A DNA stretch of 64,000 nucleotides, from contig OZ024742.1 of NCBI GenBank assembly GCA_964016885.1, positions 93,248,001-93,312,000 of the forward strand. The letters are read 5' to 3'. Source of the stretch: Eledone cirrhosa (lineage: Eukaryota). Both the position numbers and the translations under genes were made by a program. Below, piece by piece: positions 53,720 through 64,000 of the stretch (position 1 is its first letter; every line of letters starts with the position of its first letter). A model generated the notes under the pieces. It made no database searches and was not told the DNA's origin. It saw only the letters and a program-made list of their open reading frames with translations.

Positions 53720-53832
53720 ATGCTTACGGCACCTAGGGTTCCCAAGCGGTCACCCATCTAAGTACTAACTAGGCTTGACATTGCTTAACTTCGGTGATCA
53801 GACGAGAACCGATGTTTTCAGCGTGATATGGT
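53720..53832 (-). pseudogene. 5S rRNA retrocopy, missing a few 5' bases
   Basis: Reverse complement accatatcacgctgaaaacatcggttctcgtctgatcaccgaagttaagcaatgtcaagcctagttagtacttagatgggtgaccgcttgggaaccctaggtgccgtaagca matches the metazoan 5S pattern, including box A and box C. Confidence 0.93.
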
Positions 53833-55550
53833 GACAAATTAATTAAACAGCTATTTATCATTTTACAGCTATTTATCATTTTACATTCATTTTTCCATGC
53901 TTGCATGGGTTGGACAAAACCAGGAGTTTATTCTAGTTTCATCAGCATTAAGCGACTATAAGTACAAGGTGTAGCCCTGAACAGTCTATCACACAACCCT
54001 CCACTGCCAAGTTGCTGGCGGTACTCATTTTCAGCTGAGTGAACTGGAACAATGCAAAATGAAGTGCCTTACTCAAATATACTGCACAAGTTATAAGAAT
54101 TAAGCCCCCAACTTTATGATCACTAACACAAAGCCCTAACCACTAGACCACATACCTCCAGACTAGAATGATTATTAAAAACAAAAATAATAGCTATTTT
54201 ACAATAAGAATGTGTAGACATTGAACATAATAATGGTCATGACTCTGAGATTAATTCAAAATTTATCTCTGAAAACGTGATAAAGATTTTTAAAAATTTC
54301 CTGTTAATAAAAGCACTACAGAGAAATATTATTGAAAGAAACATTACCACAGGATGGTATAGATATGAACAGCTTTTGTATTTCCATAATTATTACATAG
54401 ACAGCAGTATGGATGTGCCATGGGTGAATTTCCATAATTCTCTTTTATAATAATGAACAGTCTTTTTTTTTTAATCACTTTGTGATATATGTTCTTTTAG
54501 AATCACATTTAAGAATGTTAAAGAGTTAAATTGAGTTTGCTGCAACAGATTCTCCACCTCCAGCTTTGTTAATTTGGCCACAAACCCAGTCAGTCCTATC
54601 CACAATGCAGAGGAGAGGAAGATAGCCAAATTGTGAGACTTAACTGACTGTTTTGTTTTGTGCCATTTTCTGTCTAGACATTAGTAACATTTTGAGGAGT
54701 GCATTCTACCTGAATAAAGAGCTCTGTGGAGTAGAATGGCTGATGTAGCAGGGATATAACTGTCTGTTTTCTGGTTATTTTATATGTAGGGTGCAGCTGA
54801 GATATACTAATTAGACTGGGGTGTAGAGTCTACCACTTCCTCCTTACATCTTCATATTTCTCTATTAAATTATTTCCTTCTTTTTTCCTTTCTTTTTTTG
54901 TTGCATGCATGTAAAGCCAAACGATCTCCACAATTTAATGTTAAGTGCAACCCGCTCTCTTCAAGGCCACCTTCATAACACTTCACTTGCTCTCGCACTT
55001 TGTGATGATCCGTCCCTCCCTTAGCAAGCAACATGTAGCCCTAGTCTTGCTCTCTCATCTTACTCTCATATTTGCCACTCAACTAGTCCAAGACATATAA
55101 CGAGTACCCAAATCTTGTAATGAGGTAACACTGGTGGCATGATGGGACTTACTCAATCCCCCTTGTAAAGTGGTAATGTTGGTGCAACAAAAAAGCACCT
55201 AATCTACTCTGTAAGGTGGTTGTGCTGGTGCTACAGAAAGTACCTAGTCTACTCTGTAGGGTTGTTGTGCTGGTTCCACAACAAAAAGCATCTATTCAAC
55301 TGTATAAAGTGGTAGAAATTATTGGTGTTAGGAAGGGCATACAGCCATAGAAAACCAAATCTAAAATGGAATGTATAAGCAAGACATGGTCACTTGATCA
55401 GTCTAACCTCATAATGTAGCAGCCTATGTAACCTATGCATGATTGAAAATATTATATAATGTAATTGAAATTTGTTGAATAAATTTGTATCTCTGACCAG
55501 TTTGAAGAAAATAATCCACCTATAATTTTGTTAAAACATTCTGCTGCTTT

Positions 55551-55893
55551 CATCATCATCATTATCATCATTTTACGTCCGCTTTTTCCCTGCTTGCAAG
55601 GGTGGGACGGGAACTGATTCTGGCTTGATTTCTACAGCTGGATGCCCTTCCTAACACCAACCTCATTTACAGTGAGTGCTGGGTGCTTTTTTTCCATGGC
55701 GCCCTACACGTCCACTTTGCAGTGGAATGATAGGGACCCCAGTCCTTATCATCTCATTTCTACAGCTGAGTAAACTGGAGCAATGTGAAATAAAGTATCT
55801 TGCTCAAGGAGACAACACATCACCCGGTCTGAGAATTGAACTCACAACCTTTCGATTGCAAGGCCAATGCTCTAACCACTAAGCCATGTGCCT
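55551..55893 (-). mobile_element. CORE-type SINE with RTE tail
   Basis: Reverse-complement match to 20085-20484, with one tandem unit. Confidence 0.85.
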
Positions 55894-56619
55894 ATATATT
55901 CAATTAGTTTATAATTTAAAATTCTATATCGTAGCCATAGGCTTACATGTTTGGTTGAGCAAGTTTGCTTTGCAACCACATGGTTTTGGGTTTGCTCCCA
56001 CTGCTTGACATCATGGATGGATGTATTTTAGTATAATCTTGGGTTAACAAATTCCTTGTGAGTATAGTTCATAATATATCATTATCATTGTTCAATGATG
56101 GTGATTAGTGGCGGTGGACTGGCCAGATTGCCAGGCTGCCCAATGGCAAGTGGGCCCCCTGGGGCCCACGGTAGCATTGCAAGAGTGCAAGAGCCCACAG
56201 TAGTCTTGCAGGGCCCACTGTAGTATTCTAGGGACCAATGCTTTGCTTTCAAAAAATACCTGAAATCTAAGAGAAAGAATAAAATAAAATTAAAATAAAT
56301 AAAACAATTAAGCAAAGCATTTGGTCAACCAATTCCCCAGGGAATAACTAGAAACCAAAATATGTGACAGTGCAAATAGCTGGAATCAGTGGTTGTACAT
56401 TCTAGTAAAACTAAAGCTTAGTGTATTCATTCATGCATGCAAACATACATATATAGACACAGTCACACAAGCATATGTATACTTGAACTACTGACCAAAT
56501 AATATTTGGTATACCAATGGGTTAAAGACATCTGTCAAATCAATTAGTGGTGTATATATTATATATATATATACATATAGATAGATACACACACACACAT
56601 ACACACACACACATACACA

Positions 56620-56660
<41 letters not shown>

Positions 56661-57219
56661 ACACACATATATATATTGAGTGAGTGTGAAATGCTAAAGT
56701 AGAATGTATGAGTAGGATGTAGCCATCTGACCTGCCTATAGACAAAATGCAATAATCCACCCAACCCATGCCAACATGAAAAATGTTTGTCATTGATGTA
56801 ATTGATAACCATGCCGGGGCTGTGGGTAGGCCCCATCGCGTACCATTACATTAGTTAAATACCATTCTTTCGTTTCATATAATGATTTCCGTTATAAAAT
56901 TAAAAATTTACAGCTATACAATATATATTAAGGCTTGACATTTGAATTACAGGTGCAACCAATGCAAATGGTTCTACATTGTTTTTATCTAACCAACTTC
57001 ACTCTACTCCTTGAGACAACAACCTTCAGTTTTTTCAATGTTTTTTAAGTCAACCAGATGTTTACATTTCTAGCTAAAAGACAGCAATCAGTGACTGGAG
57101 ATCTCTTAGCATAATGGTTAATGCACTCATCTGGTATCCAAGTGATGCAATGTTTGGTCCCTCAAAGGTGCTTCTGTCTACTTTTTTCTCAACTAGTTAT
57201 CATTTATAATGATCAGCTA

Positions 57220-57397
57220 GGGGGATTGGCAATATCGGTAGAGACACCATGCTTTGCAGCACAGTTACGTCCCTTTACGAACTGAGTTCAAATCCCACCG
57301 AGGTTAATTTTGCCTTTCATCCAAACAGGGTCGATAAAATAAAGTATCAGTAATACACTGGGATAATTACTGGCCTTGTGCCAAAAGTAGAAACAAT
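57220..57397 (+). mobile_element. Nin-type SINE
   Basis: Matches 63697-63884 and 7709-7884. Confidence 0.75.
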
Positions 57398-57413
57398 TAT
57401 TATAGTCATTTCA

Positions 57414-57634
57414 CCCTTTAGCATTCACATTACTCTTTATTTACTATTGTATTTTCACAGAAAAGACTTTACCTCATATAATTATCTCATGTAATATCGA
57501 ATCTATGAGATTTTGATATTATTTAGTCTGAGAACAATACCTAAACATCAGTATGAGCAGCCAGTTATAGCTGGTTTGAACAGAAAGAGGTGAGAGAATT
57601 CTGGCTGGATATGGCCAGTTCAAATGATAAAGGG
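57414..57634. mobile_element. piggyBac-like MITE
   Basis: TIRs ccctttagcatt / aatgataaaggg, with TTAA on the right and ttca on the left. Confidence 0.6.
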
Positions 57635-57977
57635 TTAAATAGGGACAACTACATTTCATACACACACACAAACACATACACACATACACACATACACACG
57701 CACATATATATACATACACATAACTACCCAACAACATATTACAACAAAGTTCAACTAGCCAAAACACACCACACAAAATACAGTTATCTAGTTAAATGAA
57801 ATTAAAACATCTAGTTAAATTAAAACCCTACACTATACTGGAACTAAGAAGATGAATTTCATCAGGCCACAATCACCATCACCATCAATATCTACTTTCT
57901 GTCAAGTTATGGCAATCAGATAAATTAATATCATAGTACACTATATAACTAATCCTATCAAGAGAAGAAAAAAAAAC

Positions 57978-58250
57978 CTTTGTTCCAGAGACCTTTCAGC
58001 AAAGATGTTGCTCTCTGATAAGTTGAGCCTGTAGCAGTGGAGACTTCTGGCATTCTTGGCCTCTGAACCACATCCCTGCTCACTGCTATTAGATCGGAGC
58101 TGGCTGTACGCAGGTATGAACCATTCGATGTGAAAGGGCTGTTCCAGCATGTCTTTCTTGTCATCCTCTGGGGCAATGTCTTCTCCATCCATCCACTTAG
58201 CCAGGACCACAAGGCTGATGACATATTAGAGTAGGAGCAGGGTAGCAGTT
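57978..58250 (-). CDS. Putative internal exon of an unidentified host gene
   Basis: Non-repetitive and GC-richer than its surroundings. Acceptor cccttttgtcAG, donor aaag|GTtttt, length 273 nt (multiple of 3). One frame is open throughout (LLPCSYSNMSSALWSWLSGW...LLKGLWNK). Confidence 0.5.
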
Positions 58251-58969
58251 CTGACAAAAGGGTTAATAATGCTGACACACACACACACACACCTACACCC
58301 ACACCCACACCCACATACAATATATATATACTCATTATTATTCTACTCAATCAAAATAGTTCTTAGAACCCTATCAGATCTCAATGTAGTGTTGATATAA
58401 ATATCCCATCAAAACAGAGCAAAATTTGTTTTTGTGGAAAAATCTTATAAAACTTCATTCAGTATTTAAAAAAACCCATATTCAAATATATGTCATTGAA
58501 CAATTAAAACAAATAAGACAAGGTTTTGTGGTTGGTTGTTCTATTGTTTTGCAATGATTGTTTCGAAGGGTGATGTATCCATACAGAATCAGAAGCATGA
58601 TACAATGTATAACATTTTTCCTTACACAAATGATGTAGATATTTGAACTTAGTGACTAGAACCAACAGATATAAAAAAGATGTTGTCAAAACTAAAATAA
58701 ACAAAACCAAATTCAACAATGAATAACAAATAGTAAGAAACATAAAACAGGCATAAAATAAGAATAGAAAACAAGGTACAAGTGTGATGTTGACAGACTG
58801 AATACTAAAAAAATTTACCTAAAATTAAATTGCAAGTTAAGAGATAAGGAATTAGTGTTCACTGCTGTTTCATTGACTAAGCTATTATATCTGTTTTCAC
58901 AAACCACACACAACACATACACCACACACACATATAATGTGTCTGTGGCGTGTGAATACACAAAGGCTA

Positions 58970-59000
<31 letters not shown>

Positions 59001-59207
59001 GTGTGCATGTGTATATGTATGTATTGTATATGTGTGTATATGTATGTTTTGTATAGATGTATGCATTATGTGTATATAAATATATATTACACACACACAT
59101 ATACTCATGCACACATAGACATGCACACACACATATACACATGCACACACACCCACATATATATATATATATGCATATATATATATAAGATTAACACTTG
59201 AAATAGA

Positions 59208-61231
<2,024 letters not shown>

Positions 61232-61634
61232 GAGATAGATATCTCTATATATATATATGCATCACCATCATCATATTCTTATGTTTTGCTTACTCACACA
61301 GACATGAGAAGTGGTTAAAAATCGAAATGTACTGAAATGAAAAGGTGAAATGTTATTTACTAATTCAAACTACAGTCCAGTACAGTTACACTTTAAATAG
61401 ATAAATACAAGCTATTATAGTAAATAGATGGTAGAAAGGTGCAGAAGACATTTATAAAACATTTTAAACAATATGTGGTGTTATTGTTGCCAAAACAAAC
61501 TTTCTCAATCTGCTTATCAACGGACATTTTGGGAAAATCTGATACCTACTTAGAATCTGACACCTGATGAAATTCACTTGGGATGGCTGTTTAGGTGTAG
61601 CCCTCTCTATCTTTATACCTTTTTATGTTCTCTG

Positions 61635-61708
<74 letters not shown>

Positions 61709-61763
61709 TTGTCTGTCTGTCTACCTGACTGTCTGTTTAGCTAGTTACCATTGTATCTGCTTA

Positions 61764-63035
61764 CCGCCTGCCCAAGGGAAACCCTCACCAAGATGGAGCG
61801 CGCGCTCTTCCAATTCCTTTGGAAGAGGCGGGCTCCTATGGTGAGGAGATCCATCTGCTGTCAACACCCTTCGAAAGGAGGGCTGGGGATGCCGTGGCTA
61901 ATGATGCGTAAACACGCATTAAGGCTACGGCACCTCTACGTATTCCTCACCGGTCAACCGGTGTGGGCCTCGTTTGTGAGACGAACCTTTCCCAGACTCG
62001 TCTCACTCACCGAGCTGCAATCCTGGGTCAAGCAAAGACCGAGAAAACTGGGCGCCTGGCACACTGAGTGTGCCCAGGCGCTCACCGCCCTCTGGCAGGC
62101 GGATCCGGTTATCAGTGGAGACTCCACCGCAACATTCTATAGAGGGCTGGTACGCAGCAGGTGCGACGACGCCCTCGGAGAAGCCCTAGACATGGAGGAG
62201 GACGAACTGGCCAGCCTGTTCGGTAGGACATTCAACCCGGGACCTATGGACAACTTCCAGAAGTCCCTGGCCTGGCAGTGCTACCGAGGGGCCCTACCCG
62301 TTCGAGAAAAGCTCTACAGACATGGGCGCCCGAGTAGGGACCCCGCCAAAAGGATCTGTCCCAGATGCGTGTGCGACGAGGAAACCGTTGCACACGCATT
62401 GGTACACTGCTCGGGCGTAGCCGATCTGTGGGGCTATGTCGAACAACTGCTGTCAAGGGTGGGACCGATCCGGTTGACCACCGAGTCTATTGTAATGATC
62501 AAGCCGCCTCCCCCCTTCAAAGATGAAGGAGAGGCGGTGTTTCTGTGCGTAATAGCCATGGTGAAAGAAGTTGTATGGTGGACGCGTCTGAAAGGACTGA
62601 GGTCGGGCACCTTTCTCTCTGGCCAACAACTGGTCCGTTTCTTCCGATACCATTTCGGAAGAAGGATCAGGATGGAGAGAGAGGTGCTGCACCCCAGTCG
62701 TTTTTATGAAAGGTGGGTGAAAGTGGCGAGAATGGCCCGTGTGAATGGGGCTTCTCTTTACATAAGCCTGTAGGTAGAAAAGAGGAAGGAACGAGGGAGC
62801 ACCCCCTCTCTGTGCTCCTGAGGAAAAGGGTTGCACACTTTTTTCGGGGGTGTGCGCGACCCCCCAAGGCGCCTCCTCTCTATTGAGGATTTTGTTATAA
62901 ATTTTATTTTTGTTATATTTTATTTTATTTTTATACATTGTTATTGCCTCCTCCTGATTGAGGACGCCTTTTTGTGTAAACTCCCCCCTTTGTACTTGTC
63001 CCACTTTTGATGCCCTGGTGGCAAATAAAAGAAAC
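61764..63035 (+). mobile_element. L1/Tx1-clade LINE 3' end (RT C-terminus plus zf-RVT)
   Basis: LFQFLW..RRSICCQHPSKGGLGMP, W..YRGALPV..KL, CPRC..DEETVAHALVHC. Stop at 62773; aataaa near 63024. Confidence 0.88.
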
Positions 63036-63124
63036 ATATCTGTATGTCAGTTGTCTGTTTTTCTGTCTAGCTAGCTATCATTGCATCTTCTTACTTATCT
63101 ATCTATACGCCTTCATTTAAGAAT

Positions 63125-63630
63125 GAATGAGAGGCGGTTTTCCTCTGTCTGGTGGCTATGGCGAAAGAGGTAATGTGGAGGACGAGGTTAAAAGGACTGA
63201 GGGCAAACACCTTTCTCTCCGGACAACAACTTATCTCCTTCTTTAAGTACCACTTCAGAAGGAAGGCGAGAGTGGAGAGAGATGCTACACTCCAGTAAAT
63301 TCGCTGAAAGGTGGGTGAATGTGGCGAAATGGCCCGAGTGAATGGGCCTTGTCTGTATATAAACCTGTAGGTTGAGGAGGATAAACAGAGGGAAGACGGG
63401 AAGACCTACAAAACGTGTTCCTGGTGTTGAGGGTTGTTCTATCCACGGGGTGTAAAACAACTTTGCAGTAACGTTCGCCCCCCCCCTATTGGGGATTTCA
63501 ATTGTTATTTTATTATATATAGTTTATTGTTATTTATTAATGTTAAAGTTATATGATTTTTACGTAAAAGCCCCGCCGTCACGTCTTGTAACGTCCCATT
63601 TTTGTACGCCCCTGTGGCAAATAAAGAAAG
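63125..63630 (+). mobile_element. Second, diverged L1/Tx1 3' fragment
   Basis: Homologous to 62528-63035 (EAVFLC..AM.KEV.W.TRLKGLR..TFLSGQQL). Ends ggcaaataaag. Confidence 0.8.
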
Positions 63631-63696
63631 ATATCTATATGTCTGTCTGCCTGTCTGTTTGCTCGTCTGTCTAGCTAGCTATCATTATATCTACTT

Positions 63697-63884
63697 GGTG
63701 GATTGACAGTATCGGTAGAAGGTCGGGCGCCATGCTTTGCAGCAAAGAGTTACGGCCCTTTATGGTCTGAGTTCAAATCCCGCTGAGGTTAACTTTGCCT
63801 TTCATCCTTACGAGGTCGATAAAATAAAGTACCAATAATACACTGGAATAATTGCTGGCCTTGTGCCAAAAGTAGAAACAATTA
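63697..63884 (+). mobile_element. Nin-type SINE
   Basis: ggtggattgacagtatcggtaga...gagttcaaatcc...gcctttcatccttacgaggtcgataaaataaagtacca. Confidence 0.78.
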
Positions 63885-64000
63885 TATCTACACTAACACA
63901 AACACCAATAACATGCAAAATATAAACACCACCAACCAGAACAACAACAACAACAATAATGACAACAAGAACAACAACAGCAACACTGATAACAACAACA

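Noticed and set aside
62453-63037. Antisense ORFs over LINE fragments (also 4916-5623, 1909-2193, 43199-43537)
   Set aside because: They are shadows of the coding strand of the retroelement ORFs.

Overview
AT-rich eukaryotic, non-bacterial DNA that is almost entirely repeat-derived. The SINE/LINE/microsatellite mix suggests a cephalopod such as Octopus (inference). Most ORF-track entries ([16 protein letters not shown]) are artefacts of (TA)n, (CA)n and (GAT)n microsatellites. Supported content: several 5'-truncated RTE-clade LINEs with (GAT)n tails; tRNA-derived CORE-type and Nin-type SINEs; Penelope-like element (PLE) fragments with GIY-YIG endonucleases and inverted pseudo-LTRs; a decayed mariner; two L1/Tx1 3' ends; a piggyBac-like MITE; a 5S rRNA retrocopy fused to a SINE/RTE tail; and one plausible host-gene exon on the minus strand. 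The most striking signal is an unusual density of type I hammerhead ribozyme (HHR) motifs, found by eye and folded by hand: about 9 distinct sequence families and about 17 copies. They include a 310-nt HHR-to-HHR tandem unit (retrozyme-like circRNA candidate), two U3-A8 core variants (one with a ~107-nt stem II), an HHR with a competing upstream hairpin, and several fold-back palindromes built from HHR-bearing repeats. Coordinates were counted by hand and may be off by a few bases.
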